Shown: one piece after another, positions 9,663 to 19,923 of the stretch
Layout: every line of letters starts with the position of its first letter
Position numbering within the stretch: the first letter of the stretch is position 1
Virus record (IMG/VR): IMGVR_UViG_3300030380_006811
Location: 55,076-119,075 of that record
Length of the DNA stretch: 64,000 bases
Direction: 5' to 3' (one strand)
DNA from: a virus
Notes under the pieces: generated by a model
What the model was told of the DNA's origin: nothing
The model's database searches: none
What the model saw: only the letters and a program-made list of their open reading frames with translations
Position numbers and translations under genes: made by a program

Positions 9663-11103
9663 AAATTTTGACTATATACCCAAAGATAAAAGAAAAAAAA
9701 TTCTTTTAATTTGTGATGATATTAGAGTACATTCTGGTGTTGCTACTGTAGCAAAAGAAATAGTTACTTATACTGCAAATCACTTTAATTGGGCTCAAAT
9801 AGCTGGAGCTATTAAACATCCAGATAATGGTAAAATTTTGGACCTATCAGATGATACTAATAAAATAGCAAATATTAAAGATTCATATGTAAAGATATAC
9901 CCAGTTGATGGTTATGGAAATGAAATGATTCTTAGAGAAATAATAGGAGTTGAAAAACCCGATGCTATAATGTTATTTACGGATCCAAGATATTTTACTC
10001 ATATATGGAGAATGGAGGCAGAAATAAGGAAAATTTGCCCTATTATTTATTTAAATATTTGGGATGATTATCCTGCTCCTATGTATAATAGTCCTTTTTA
10101 TGAAGCATGTGATTTATTATTAGGGATATCTAAACAAACTGTAAATATTAATAAATTAGTATTACAAGGAAAAGAATCAAATAAGTTATTTAAATATCTT
10201 CCTCATGGTAAAAATGAAAATCTTTTTTACCCCTTAAATGAAAAAGAAAAATCTAGTAAAGAGTTTACTGATTTTAAAACTTCAATTTTTAAGAATATCG
10301 ATCCTAAATTTGTAGCATTTTTCAATTCAAGAAATATTAGAAGGAAACAAATACCAGATACATTATTAGCTTTTAGAGAATTTTTATATTCTTTACCTAA
10401 GGAAGAAGCTAAAAAGTGTTTTTTAATTTTACATACTGAAATTGTAACTGATCATGGTACTAATTTAGATAGAGTAAAAGAATATTTATTTGATGAGCAT
10501 TTCCCTGATCAAATTATTTTTAGTACTAGCAAATTAGATGAAAAACACTTAAATTATTTATATAATATAACAGATGTTCAGATGTTGTTAACTTCAAATG
10601 AAGGTTGGGGTTTAACTATTACTGAAGCTATATTAGCGGGTACTCCTATTATTGCAAATACAACAGGAGGAATGCAGGATCAAATGAGATTTATAGATAA
10701 TAAAGGTAAATGGTTTACTCCTGATGCTGATATACCTTCTAATCATAGGGGCACTTATAAAAATCATGGTGAATGGGCATTTCCTGTTTATCCAACTTCA
10801 AGATCAATTCAAGGGTCCCCTCCAACACCCTACATTTATGATGATAGATGTAAGTGGGAAGATGCTTTTGAACGTTTAAAGGAATGCTATAAGTTAGGTA
10901 GGGAAGAATTGAAACAAAGAGGTTTAAAGGGCCGTGAATGGGCTATTAGTAATGAAGCAGGATTTACATCAACACATCAAGCCAATAGATTTGTACAAGG
11001 AGTAAATGAATTGTTTAGCACTTGGAAGCCAAGAGAAAAATATGAATTAGTTAGTGCTAATGAGTATAAAGGTAAATTTTTAAATCATAAAGTTATATAT
11101 TAA
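9652..11103 (+). CDS. Glycosyltransferase, GT-B fold (GT4-like)
   Basis: SGVATV, NSRNIRRK, NEGWGLTITEAILAGTPIIAN (EX7E motif). Confidence 0.9.
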   Translation: MDNKNFDYIPKDKRKKILLICDDIRVHSGVATVAKEIVTYTANHFNWAQIAGAIKHPDNGKILDLSDDTNKIANIKDSYVKIYPVDGYGNEMILREIIGVEKPDAIMLFTDPRYFTHIWRMEAEIRKICPIIYLNIWDDYPAPMYNSPFYEACDLLLGISKQTVNINKLVLQGKESNKLFKYLPHGKNENLFYPLNEKEKSSKEFTDFKTSIFKNIDPKFVAFFNSRNIRRKQIPDTLLAFREFLYSLPKEEAKKCFLILHTEIVTDHGTNLDRVKEYLFDEHFPDQIIFSTSKLDEKHLNYLYNITDVQMLLTSNEGWGLTITEAILAGTPIIANTTGGMQDQMRFIDNKGKWFTPDADIPSNHRGTYKNHGEWAFPVYPTSRSIQGSPPTPYIYDDRCKWEDAFERLKECYKLGREELKQRGLKGREWAISNEAGFTSTHQANRFVQGVNELFSTWKPREKYELVSANEYKGKFLNHKVIY

Positions 11104-12374
11104 TGAATAAACCAGTTTTTGTAATAAGTTGTCCGTTTGACACCTATAGTGGGTATGGGGCAAGATCAAGAGATATAGTTAAAGCTATTATTGAATTAGA
11201 TGAGTATGATGTAAAATTACTACCACAAAGATGGGGATCCACTTCATGGGGATTTTGTAATGATCATTCTGAATGGGAATTTTTGTATAACCATCAAATT
11301 AAACAAATAACTTCTCAACCCGATGTTTGGATGCAAATAACTATTCCCAATGAGTTTAGTCCTGTAGGCAAATATAATATTGGTTGTACTGCAGGCATAG
11401 AAGCAAACGCCTGCAAACCAGAATGGATTGAAGGTTTAAATAGAATGGATATGAATTGGGTATCTTCTAATTTTGCAAAAGATACATTTGAAAATATGAA
11501 TTTTGAGAAGAAGGATAAAAGAACAAACCAAACTGTAAATGTAGTTAAAGTTGAAAAACCTATACATGTTGTTTTTGAAGGTGTAGATTTAAATGTATAC
11601 AAACCATTAAAAAATTCAGAATTAAAAACTTTTGATTTTAGTGATATTAAAGAAGATTTTTGTTTCCTATTTGTGGGACATTGGATGAATGGGGGCATTG
11701 GACATGATAGAAAAAATGTTGGAGCTTTAGTAAAACTTTTTTATGAAAGTTTCAAAAACAAAAAGAAAAAACCAGCATTAATTTTAAAATCATCAACTGG
11801 AGTAGCTGGGTATGTAAGTAGAGAAGAAATACTAGATAGAATAAAACATATCCGAAAAACTATGGATACTAAAAATTTACCTAACATTTATATACTAAAT
11901 GGAGAATTTGATGATTCAGAAATTAATGAATTATATAACCACCCTAAAGTTAAATGTATGGTAAGTTTAACTAAAGGTGAAGGATTTGGTAGACCATTAT
12001 TAGAATTTACTACAACAGGTAAACCAGTTATAGCTTCTGGTTGGTCGGGTCATGTTGATTTTCTAAAAGAACATTCAACACTATTGCCCGGAGGATTAGA
12101 AAATGTTCATCAAAGTGCTGCTAATAACTGGTTAATTAAAGAAGCTCAATGGTTTAAACCTGATATGTCAGTAGCAGTAAACGTATTTAGGGAATATTTT
12201 AAAAAACCTAAAGGTTTAAATGAAAAAGGAAAAAAACAAAAGTACTATACTAAAAAGAACTTTAGTTGGGATGAAATGAAAAAAGTAGTTAATAAACTTT
12301 TAACAGATAATCTTCCTAAATTTGCTAAACAAGTTGAACTAAAATTACCAACTTTAAACTTACCTAAATTATGA
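11103..12374 (+). CDS. Glycosyltransferase, GT-B fold (GT4-like)
   Basis: SGYG, FLFVGHW, RKNV, GEGFGRPLLEF...GKPVIASGWSG. Confidence 0.9.
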   Translation: MNKPVFVISCPFDTYSGYGARSRDIVKAIIELDEYDVKLLPQRWGSTSWGFCNDHSEWEFLYNHQIKQITSQPDVWMQITIPNEFSPVGKYNIGCTAGIEANACKPEWIEGLNRMDMNWVSSNFAKDTFENMNFEKKDKRTNQTVNVVKVEKPIHVVFEGVDLNVYKPLKNSELKTFDFSDIKEDFCFLFVGHWMNGGIGHDRKNVGALVKLFYESFKNKKKKPALILKSSTGVAGYVSREEILDRIKHIRKTMDTKNLPNIYILNGEFDDSEINELYNHPKVKCMVSLTKGEGFGRPLLEFTTTGKPVIASGWSGHVDFLKEHSTLLPGGLENVHQSAANNWLIKEAQWFKPDMSVAVNVFREYFKKPKGLNEKGKKQKYYTKKNFSWDEMKKVVNKLLTDNLPKFAKQVELKLPTLNLPKL

Positions 12375-12814
12375 AATACGATGCCCTAAAGGAATGCACT
12401 AGATGTGGATCAGATGCTTGTTACACCCAGGAAGTAACTAAAGATATTTCTATTGAAATGTGTTATGGGTGTGGATTTCAAAGTAATAGCGTAATTAAAA
12501 AAGGAAATGATTTTTTTAATGAACAATTTGAAACACTCCCTGAATTGTATAAGGAACTAATGGATGAAGAAGAAGATACAGGTAAAATATGGATGCCCAC
12601 TATTATCAATTTAAAAGATAAAGGCATGGTGTTTGCAGATGGAACTGGAAGGGATAATTGGAAATGGGCTGCAGTTAAAGTAGCTAAAGTACTAAAAGAA
12701 GAAAAAGAGAAATTTAAAGGCCAAAAATATAAACCTGATATGTCAACTATAAAACACTACTCAGAACGTGAGTTTATAGAAGCACTTTCGTATATTGGTG
12801 TTTTACCTGAATAA
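12371..12814 (+). CDS. Zinc-ribbon hypothetical protein
   Basis: CTRC...CYGC. Confidence 0.65.
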   Translation: MKYDALKECTRCGSDACYTQEVTKDISIEMCYGCGFQSNSVIKKGNDFFNEQFETLPELYKELMDEEEDTGKIWMPTIINLKDKGMVFADGTGRDNWKWAAVKVAKVLKEEKEKFKGQKYKPDMSTIKHYSEREFIEALSYIGVLPE

Positions 12815-12815
12815 T

Positions 12816-13439
12816 ATGAAAATAAGTTATGCTATTACAGTTTGTAATGAATTTGTAGAAATTCAAAATTTAGTTTCATTCCTTCTTAAATATAAAAGAA
12901 GCAAAGATGAAATAGTAATTTTATATGATTCCAAAAATGGTGATGAGGGGGTTGAAGAATTTTTAAGATCTCATTCTGTAAATAATGATTTTATTTGGTA
13001 TGAAGGAGATTTTAATAACCATTTTGCTGATTGGAAAAACCATCTAACGTCTTTATGTAATGGTGATTATATTTTTCAAATAGATGCTGATGAAATTCCT
13101 CACCAAACATTAATTGAAAATCTACCAGTAATTTTAGAAGGTAATCCTGATAATGAAGTTTATTTAATTCCTAGAGTTAACACAGTAGAGGGTTTAACAC
13201 AAGATCATATTAATAAATGGAGATGGAATGTTAATGAAAAAGGATGGGTAAATTGGCCTGATTATCAATGGAGACTTTGGAAAAATAAACCAGAAATAAA
13301 ATGGATAAATAAAGTTCATGAAAGATTAGAAGGGTATAAAACGTATGCTCATATTCCTCAAGTAGAAAGGCTAGCTTTATATCATCCAAAAGAAATAGAA
13401 AGACAAGAAAAACAAAACGAATATTACAATACATTATGA
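12816..13439 (+). CDS. Glycosyltransferase, GT-A fold (GT2-like)
   Basis: ISYAITVCNE, FQIDADE (DXD), WPDYQWRL, VHE. Confidence 0.88.
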   Translation: MKISYAITVCNEFVEIQNLVSFLLKYKRSKDEIVILYDSKNGDEGVEEFLRSHSVNNDFIWYEGDFNNHFADWKNHLTSLCNGDYIFQIDADEIPHQTLIENLPVILEGNPDNEVYLIPRVNTVEGLTQDHINKWRWNVNEKGWVNWPDYQWRLWKNKPEIKWINKVHERLEGYKTYAHIPQVERLALYHPKEIERQEKQNEYYNTL

Positions 13440-14263
13440 TAGGGATTATAGGACAAGGGTTTGTAGGTAATGCTATATATCAAAAATTTAAAAACTTTTT
13501 TGATGTAAAAACGTATGATTTAAAAGTAAAATTATGTAATTCAACATTTGAGGAAGTTGCCAGACAAGATATTATATTTGTTTGTTTACCAACACCAATG
13601 GATAAAGATGGAAGTTGCCATATAGGTTTAGTAGAACAAACACTTCATAATATATCAGTTGCTAAATCACCAAATTTATTTAGAACAGTAGTAATTAAAT
13701 CAACAATCCCTCCAGGTACAACAAAAAAACTAAACGTTAAATATCCAAATCTACATATAGCATTTAATCCTGAATTTTTAACTGAAGCAAATGCAGTATT
13801 AGATTTTGAAAACCAAAACAGAGTTATCTTGGGAGGACATAGAGAAGCAACCACTAAACTCAGAAGAATATACTCAAAAGTATTTCCCACAGCTCATATT
13901 ATTAAAACATCTTCTACCCATGCTGAAATGGTAAAATACTTAACAAATGCTTTTTTAGCTACTAAAGTATCATTTGCAAATGAAATGTATCAAATATGTG
14001 AAGGATTAGGTGTTGACTATGATAAAGTTATAGAATATGCTATGTTAGATGACAGACTAGGAAATACTCATTGGAACGTCCCAGGACCAGATGGAGATTT
14101 TGGATATGGAGGACATTGTTTTCCTAAAGATATTAAAGCATTAATTAAAGTAGCAGAATCTTTATCTGTTCATCCTACTGTATTAATATCAACTAATACA
14201 AAGAATAATGAAGTTAGGGTTAATAAAGATTGGGAAAATATGAAGGGAAGAGCAGTAATATAA
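13436..14263 (+). CDS. UDP-glucose/GDP-mannose dehydrogenase family protein (short form)
   Basis: GQGFVG, FVCLPTP, IKSTIPPGTT, NPEFL, AEMVKY, GYGGHCFPKD catalytic Cys. Confidence 0.9.
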   Translation: MIGIIGQGFVGNAIYQKFKNFFDVKTYDLKVKLCNSTFEEVARQDIIFVCLPTPMDKDGSCHIGLVEQTLHNISVAKSPNLFRTVVIKSTIPPGTTKKLNVKYPNLHIAFNPEFLTEANAVLDFENQNRVILGGHREATTKLRRIYSKVFPTAHIIKTSSTHAEMVKYLTNAFLATKVSFANEMYQICEGLGVDYDKVIEYAMLDDRLGNTHWNVPGPDGDFGYGGHCFPKDIKALIKVAESLSVHPTVLISTNTKNNEVRVNKDWENMKGRAVI

Positions 14264-14273
14264 TTATAAAGGA

Positions 14274-15317
14274 ATGAAAAATACAGTATTAATAACAGGT
14301 GTAGCAGGTTTACTAGGTAGTCGCTTAGCTGATTGGATAATTCAAAACCAACCAAATACAACAGTAATTGGTGTTGATGATTTAAGTGGAGGCTTTGAAG
14401 AAAATATCCACCCAGATGTTAAATTTTGGCAAATGGATTTAGTTAACCACCCAATTGAAAACATATTTGAAGCACATAAAATTGACTATGTATATCATTT
14501 TGCGGCATATGCTGCTGAAGGGTTATCGCCTTTTATACGTGGATACAATTATGATAACAACTTAAAAGCAACAGCACGCCTAGTTAATGAATGTATAAAA
14601 CATGACGTTAAAAGATTGATTTTTACGTCTACTTTAGCTGTATATGGTCATGGTTATGGTGGTATATTTGATGAAAAACAACAACAAGCACCAATTGATC
14701 CTTATGGGGTAGCAAAATATGCTTGCGAAATGGATATTCAAATTGCAGGTGAACAACATGGTTTAGATTGGTGTATAATTAGACCTCATAATGTTTATGG
14801 TATTAAACAGAATATCTGGGACAAATACAGAAATGTACTTGGTATCTGGATGTTCCAGTATTTAAATGGTATGGATATAACCATATTTGGTGATGGTGAA
14901 CAAACAAGAGCATTTAGTTATATAGATGATTCATTAGAACCATTATGGAATGCTGCTGTTAAACCTGAGGCAAGTAAGGAAATTATCAATTTAGGTGGAA
15001 TAAAAAGTTATCCTATAAATGTGGCAGCTGAGACGTTAGTTGAAGTATTACAGGAAGAAGAAGGTATAAGTGATTTTGAAATCCCAATTTTATATCTAGA
15101 AGGTAGACATGAAGTAAAACATTCAATCCCTACATGGCAAAAATCAATTGATATATTAGGATTTGAACATAAAACTGATCTAAAAGAAGGATTAAGACAA
15201 ATGTGGAATTGGGCTAAAAAACAACCTATGAGAGATAGATTTGTTTGGCCTAGTTATGAATTAGAAAAAGGTATATATAGTTTTTGGAAAAATGAAACTA
15301 AAAAAATTAATAAATAA
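14274..15317 (+). CDS. NAD-dependent nucleotide-sugar epimerase/dehydratase (extended SDR)
   Basis: ITGVAGLLG, FTSTLAVYG, YGVAK (YxxxK), RPHNVYG, GDGEQTRAF. Confidence 0.9.
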   Translation: MKNTVLITGVAGLLGSRLADWIIQNQPNTTVIGVDDLSGGFEENIHPDVKFWQMDLVNHPIENIFEAHKIDYVYHFAAYAAEGLSPFIRGYNYDNNLKATARLVNECIKHDVKRLIFTSTLAVYGHGYGGIFDEKQQQAPIDPYGVAKYACEMDIQIAGEQHGLDWCIIRPHNVYGIKQNIWDKYRNVLGIWMFQYLNGMDITIFGDGEQTRAFSYIDDSLEPLWNAAVKPEASKEIINLGGIKSYPINVAAETLVEVLQEEEGISDFEIPILYLEGRHEVKHSIPTWQKSIDILGFEHKTDLKEGLRQMWNWAKKQPMRDRFVWPSYELEKGIYSFWKNETKKINK

Positions 15318-16086
15318 AAGTTATTATTGTTCTATAGGTTATATAAGTAGTGAAGATGATCTCCCACTCCTAGAAAGATATATATTACATAATTTACCTG
15401 TCCTTAAAGAGTTTAAACAACATATAATAGTTACTAATTACTCAGGTGACTATAAAACTCAAAATTCTGAATTATGGGTGAAATATTTCCCTAATTGTAT
15501 ATTAATAGACTTAGAAAAAAATAGAGGTCATTCATTTGGGATAGCAGATCAAGAAAATACTATAATTGATTATTGCCACAAAAACAATATTAAATGGATC
15601 TGTAAGTCGGCACATGATGTAATTTTTACTAAAGAAATATTAAATACTAAAATTGATAAAGATAATGATTTTTATTATATGAATGGTATTGGTTATGGAG
15701 GAATGGAAAAATATAATTTTGATTTAGATAAAGTTGAAAAAAATGATTTTTACCCCCAGACAAATTTTTATTTTTTAAATACAAGTAAAATAGATTATCT
15801 TTATGATAAAAAATATGTAGATGAAACTTATGATTATATCCAAGATATAGAAGATTATAACGGAAAAGTTTGGCATTATATTGAAGGGTGGTCATGTGAG
15901 GATTTTTTAAAAAAATGTATTATTAGGAATAATTTATCTAAATATCACTTGATCCCAAATGAAAAATATCGTATATTATTAGAAACAGTAAAAACAGAAA
16001 AGATTATAGACTCCAGCCATAAAAATATTATGATAGAAGGAATATGCCACTATCAAAATGCTAATGAACCAGTTTTAGTTATATGA
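15292..16086 (+). CDS. Putative glycosyltransferase-like protein
   Basis: NRGHSFG and WICKSAHDV resemble GT-A elements; cluster context. Confidence 0.4.
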   Translation: MKLKKLINKSYYCSIGYISSEDDLPLLERYILHNLPVLKEFKQHIIVTNYSGDYKTQNSELWVKYFPNCILIDLEKNRGHSFGIADQENTIIDYCHKNNIKWICKSAHDVIFTKEILNTKIDKDNDFYYMNGIGYGGMEKYNFDLDKVEKNDFYPQTNFYFLNTSKIDYLYDKKYVDETYDYIQDIEDYNGKVWHYIEGWSCEDFLKKCIIRNNLSKYHLIPNEKYRILLETVKTEKIIDSSHKNIMIEGICHYQNANEPVLVI

Positions 16087-17366
16087 GAGTAATTTATAGA
16101 ATATCAGACGCAGGTTATAAAAAAGAAAAACCTAATTATATTAATAATGAAAAATGTTTGTATAATGCTGCCCTTACATTTCAACAAGCACAATGGAGTA
16201 TTATAGCAGATAATATATCGGCGGATACTGATGATATGATTCAGAAATATTTTAAAAAACACCTTATTAAACATGTTAATGTGGGTCATGGAGCTGGTAC
16301 TTTTAATTTAGCATTAGATGAAGCATTAACTTATGATGATGATGAAATAGTATATTTTATAGAAAATGACTATTTACATAAACCTATTTCATTTAGAGTT
16401 TTAAATGAAGGATTTAAGTTAGGAGCATCATTTGTGTCATTATATGATCATCCAGATAAATACCTTGATCCCGAAAAAGGAGGAAATCCTTATTGTAAAG
16501 GTGGAGCTGAAGATACAAGAGTTTATTTAACAAATTCTTGTCATTGGAAAATAACAAATAGTACTACTATGACTTTTGCAGCTAAAGTATCTACATTAAA
16601 GCGTACAGAAAAAATACTTCGTAAACATACTAGTGAGAGACATCCTAATGATTTTAAAATGTTTTTGGAATTAAGAGCAAATAATGAATTATTAATAACT
16701 CCCTTACCTGGATACTCAACACATGGAGAAACAGCTTGGTTAACACCTTTAACAAACTGGAAAAATTATGATTACGAAAAATCCACTAAAAGTTTACAAG
16801 AAATATTTGAAACTCACTCAGCACAAGCTAGGGGAAAAATGAGATGGGGTGCAGGGCATGGAGATAAAGGTACTGTACATTCTTACATCCCTGAGTATGA
16901 AAGATTATTTAGTCCTTATAGAGACAAAAAAATTAATTTTTTAGAAATTGGTGTTGCTTTTGGTGAATCTTTAGAAATGTGGTACGAATATTTTTCAAAA
17001 GAATCTAAAATACATGGCTTAGATAACCAAACTAAAGAAATAGCAACAAAATTAGAAGATAATAGATTTGATATCACTATAGAGGATCAAACAGATCCTA
17101 ATATTGTATCTAAATTAGGTAATAAAAAATTTGATATTATTTTAGATGATGGTAGTCATGTTTTTGAACACCAAATAAAATCATTTCATTTACTAAAAGA
17201 TAGTATTAATAAAGGAGGTCTTTATGTAATTGAGGATATTGATAATATAGATGAAAAGTATAATGATTTTATGGAATTAAAAAAATATTGCTTAGATTGT
17301 GAAATTATAGATCTTAGAAAACAAAAAAATCGCTATGATGATGTTATAGCAGTATATAAATTTTAA
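16083..17366 (+). CDS. Fusion: GT-A-like domain plus class I SAM-dependent sugar O-methyltransferase
   Basis: N-half YFIENDYLH; C-half DKGTVHSY, LEIGVAFGESL, DIILDDGSH, GGLYVIED. Confidence 0.75.
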   Translation: MRVIYRISDAGYKKEKPNYINNEKCLYNAALTFQQAQWSIIADNISADTDDMIQKYFKKHLIKHVNVGHGAGTFNLALDEALTYDDDEIVYFIENDYLHKPISFRVLNEGFKLGASFVSLYDHPDKYLDPEKGGNPYCKGGAEDTRVYLTNSCHWKITNSTTMTFAAKVSTLKRTEKILRKHTSERHPNDFKMFLELRANNELLITPLPGYSTHGETAWLTPLTNWKNYDYEKSTKSLQEIFETHSAQARGKMRWGAGHGDKGTVHSYIPEYERLFSPYRDKKINFLEIGVAFGESLEMWYEYFSKESKIHGLDNQTKEIATKLEDNRFDITIEDQTDPNIVSKLGNKKFDIILDDGSHVFEHQIKSFHLLKDSINKGGLYVIEDIDNIDEKYNDFMELKKYCLDCEIIDLRKQKNRYDDVIAVYKF

Positions 17367-17369
17367 ATT

Positions 17370-17924
17370 ATGACAAAAGAACAACACTTACAACACTTAG
17401 AAAAAATGTCTCGAGCAGTTACTGGGGAAGTAGATTATGATAACCATTGGCAAGTATTAAAATCAATGTGTGATATTGCAAAACCAAAAAATATCCTAGA
17501 GTTAGGATTTAATAGAGGATCTAGCTGCTTAATGTTTTTATACGCTAGTGAAGCCCAAATACATAGTATAGATATACTACCAGAAATAGCAGTTCAAAGT
17601 TCATTAGAAGAAATAAATAAACATTTTGGTGATAGATTTAAATATACTACACTTGATCATAAGGATATAGGAGGACAAATAGATAATTTTAAAGATAAAT
17701 ATGACTTTGTTTTTATAGATGGAAATCATACCTATGAAGGGATGCTTAGAGATGCTAAAAACGCTATTAGTATGAATGCTAAATACTTAGGTTTTGATGA
17801 TTATTACCACCCAGCTCATAGTAAGGATTGTCATAAAATAGTGGAAGAATTAGGATTAGAAATGGTAATAGAATACAAAAATTATACGGGTCAAGCATTA
17901 ACTATAAATCCAAACCATCAATGA
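17370..17924 (+). CDS. Class I SAM-dependent methyltransferase (Methyltransf_24-like)
   Basis: ILELGFNRGSS, YDFVFIDGNHTYE, FDDY. Confidence 0.85.
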   Translation: MTKEQHLQHLEKMSRAVTGEVDYDNHWQVLKSMCDIAKPKNILELGFNRGSSCLMFLYASEAQIHSIDILPEIAVQSSLEEINKHFGDRFKYTTLDHKDIGGQIDNFKDKYDFVFIDGNHTYEGMLRDAKNAISMNAKYLGFDDYYHPAHSKDCHKIVEELGLEMVIEYKNYTGQALTINPNHQ

Positions 17925-18715
17925 TATCAGTAATAATACCAACGTATAGAAACCCAGAATATTTAGATATTTGTTTAAAATCAGCTATTCAATATCAAAG
18001 ATATAGTAATGAAATTATTGTAGCAGTAGATGGTTATATAGAAGAGAGTCAGTCTGTATTAGATAAGTATAAAGATAATATCAAAATATTAGATTTAGGT
18101 GAAAATCAAGGAATGCAACAAGCTCTTAATTTAGCTGTGATGAATGCTAGTAATGAAATCATTTTTGTTGTTAATGATGATAATGTATTTTGTGTTGATT
18201 ATGATTTAGCCATTGAGAAAAACATAAAAGAAAAATCAGTACTTACCTTAAATCAAATTGAACCAGAAGGTCCTGGCATTTTTAAATTTCCAGTTAAAGA
18301 TTTTGGACGTACCCCAGAAGCATTTGATTATGATGCGTTTATAGAGTATGAACAATCAATTAGAAAAGATGAGCTAACTATTGATGGTGGTATTTTTCCA
18401 TTTGCTATGTACAAGAAATATTATATGGCTGCTGGTGGATTTGATGTAATGTATAGATCTCCTTTTATTTGTGATTGGGATTTTTTCTTAAAGTTAGATT
18501 TAATGGGTCTTAGTTTTAATAGAACACATGAAGCACACTTATATCATTTTGGGAGCACAGCAACTAAAAATGGTAAAGAAGGAATAAGATTTAAAGAATC
18601 AGAACGACCAGCAGCTGAATTATTTAATTATAAATGGGGTCACCCACCATCATTATTTAAAAATAATTCACATAGTCCAAAAGGAAAAACCATAAAAGGT
18701 ATAAAGTATTGTTAA
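17921..18715 (+). CDS. Glycosyltransferase, GT2 family
   Basis: ISVIIPTY, VAVDG, VNDDN, GGFD, DWDF, YHFGS. Confidence 0.9.
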   Translation: MISVIIPTYRNPEYLDICLKSAIQYQRYSNEIIVAVDGYIEESQSVLDKYKDNIKILDLGENQGMQQALNLAVMNASNEIIFVVNDDNVFCVDYDLAIEKNIKEKSVLTLNQIEPEGPGIFKFPVKDFGRTPEAFDYDAFIEYEQSIRKDELTIDGGIFPFAMYKKYYMAAGGFDVMYRSPFICDWDFFLKLDLMGLSFNRTHEAHLYHFGSTATKNGKEGIRFKESERPAAELFNYKWGHPPSLFKNNSHSPKGKTIKGIKYC

Positions 18716-18721
18716 AATATA

Positions 18722-18753
18722 TTTGGTTTCCCAATAAATAGTTCGTATATTTA
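18722..18753 (+). promoter_or_regulatory. Host-type (Bacteroidota -33/-7) promoter
   Basis: TTTG-N18-CGTATATTTA. Confidence 0.8.
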
Positions 18754-18780
18754 CCCAAATTTTTAAAAGGTTATATATTT

Positions 18781-19131
18781 ATGCAACAGACTATTGAAAT
18801 CCCCCAAAAAATGAAAATGATTCCTTGCTCACAATGTGATGCACCAATGCCAGAGCTAAGATTAACTAAATATGGTTATGATTTTTGCGTTGAATGTTCG
18901 ACGGTAGGAGCTAAACGAGGTGTTCCTATTATGAGAGGATCTGGCGATCATACATGGACAGAAACAGTTATAATGGAAGAAGAACAATATGAAGAATATG
19001 TAGTGGCATCCGCTATTGAACGTGGTGATAAAAATGCTGCAAAAGCAGAAATGTTAAATATGGATAAAGAAGAACGTAATCTGCAAGGGCCATTCCAAAT
19101 TATTAATAATACAGATAAAGATAGAAGCTAA
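18781..19131 (+). CDS. C4 zinc-finger protein resembling the DksA/TraR finger
   Basis: CSQC-DAPMPELRL-...-CVEC. Confidence 0.55.
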   Translation: MQQTIEIPQKMKMIPCSQCDAPMPELRLTKYGYDFCVECSTVGAKRGVPIMRGSGDHTWTETVIMEEEQYEEYVVASAIERGDKNAAKAEMLNMDKEERNLQGPFQIINNTDKDRS

Positions 19132-19745
19132 TGCCTAAGGCAAAACCCCTATCCAAAGAACAAATTTTAGCAGCACAAGCCAAAACAAAATCTAATATGG
19201 CGGCAGCTAGGTATCTTCATGTTTCATACCAACATTATAAGAAGTGGGCTAAATTATATAAATTATTTGCTGGACATAAAAACCAATCAGGTAAAGGTAT
19301 TCCTAAATTTTTAAAAGGACCGAAAAAAATGCCTCATATGATTGAAATAATTGAGGGTAGAATAGCCGCATCATCTTTTGATCCTAATAAACTTAAGTAT
19401 GCTTTAATAGAACAGGGATATTTATCAGAAGAATGTGCTATATGTTCCTTTAAAGAGAGGCGGGTATTAGATTATAAAATGCCTCTATTACTCCATTTTA
19501 AAGATAATAATAGTAACAATTATAGTTTAGATAATGTTCAGTTACTATGTTATAATCACTATTTTTTGACTGTAGGTGATATTTTTAATTCCAAAGATAT
19601 TAAACAAATAGAATCAAAACAAGAGCATTTTGGAACCTCAGAAAAAGTAGAATGGGAAGTTGATGATTATCATTTACAACGTTTAAAAGAATTAGGTTTG
19701 GATGATGATGAGGATGATGTTAACCAATATATTTCAAGAATATGA
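19131..19745 (+). CDS. HTH plus degenerate HNH-like protein
   Basis: AAARYLHVSY HTH-like; CAIC...LHFKDNN...NVQLLCYNH. Confidence 0.6.
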   Translation: MPKAKPLSKEQILAAQAKTKSNMAAARYLHVSYQHYKKWAKLYKLFAGHKNQSGKGIPKFLKGPKKMPHMIEIIEGRIAASSFDPNKLKYALIEQGYLSEECAICSFKERRVLDYKMPLLLHFKDNNSNNYSLDNVQLLCYNHYFLTVGDIFNSKDIKQIESKQEHFGTSEKVEWEVDDYHLQRLKELGLDDDEDDVNQYISRI

Positions 19746-19921
19746 AAAAAGCCAGAAGAGCAAGATCGCTAAATAAAAAGCATCATAAAATAACTCAAGA
19801 TTATGATAAACAAAAAAGTAAGCATTTAGAAAAATTAACTGATAAAATGCTTAAAAATGATGAAAAAGCCCAACAGTTAAAATCTAAAACAATAAAGGGT
19901 GATTTTTTAAAAAACTTTTAA
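19742..19921 (+). CDS. Small basic protein, 59 aa (MKKARRARSLNKKHHK...)
   Basis: Fills the gap exactly; below ORF-track cutoff. Confidence 0.6.
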   Translation: MKKARRARSLNKKHHKITQDYDKQKSKHLEKLTDKMLKNDEKAQQLKSKTIKGDFLKNF

Positions 19922-19923
19922 TT

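Noticed and set aside
3919-18715. Bacterial chromosome origin suggested by groESL and sugar genes
   Set aside because: Embedded among T4-like clamp, clamp loader, sigma and baseplate genes and sharing the same phage promoter motifs
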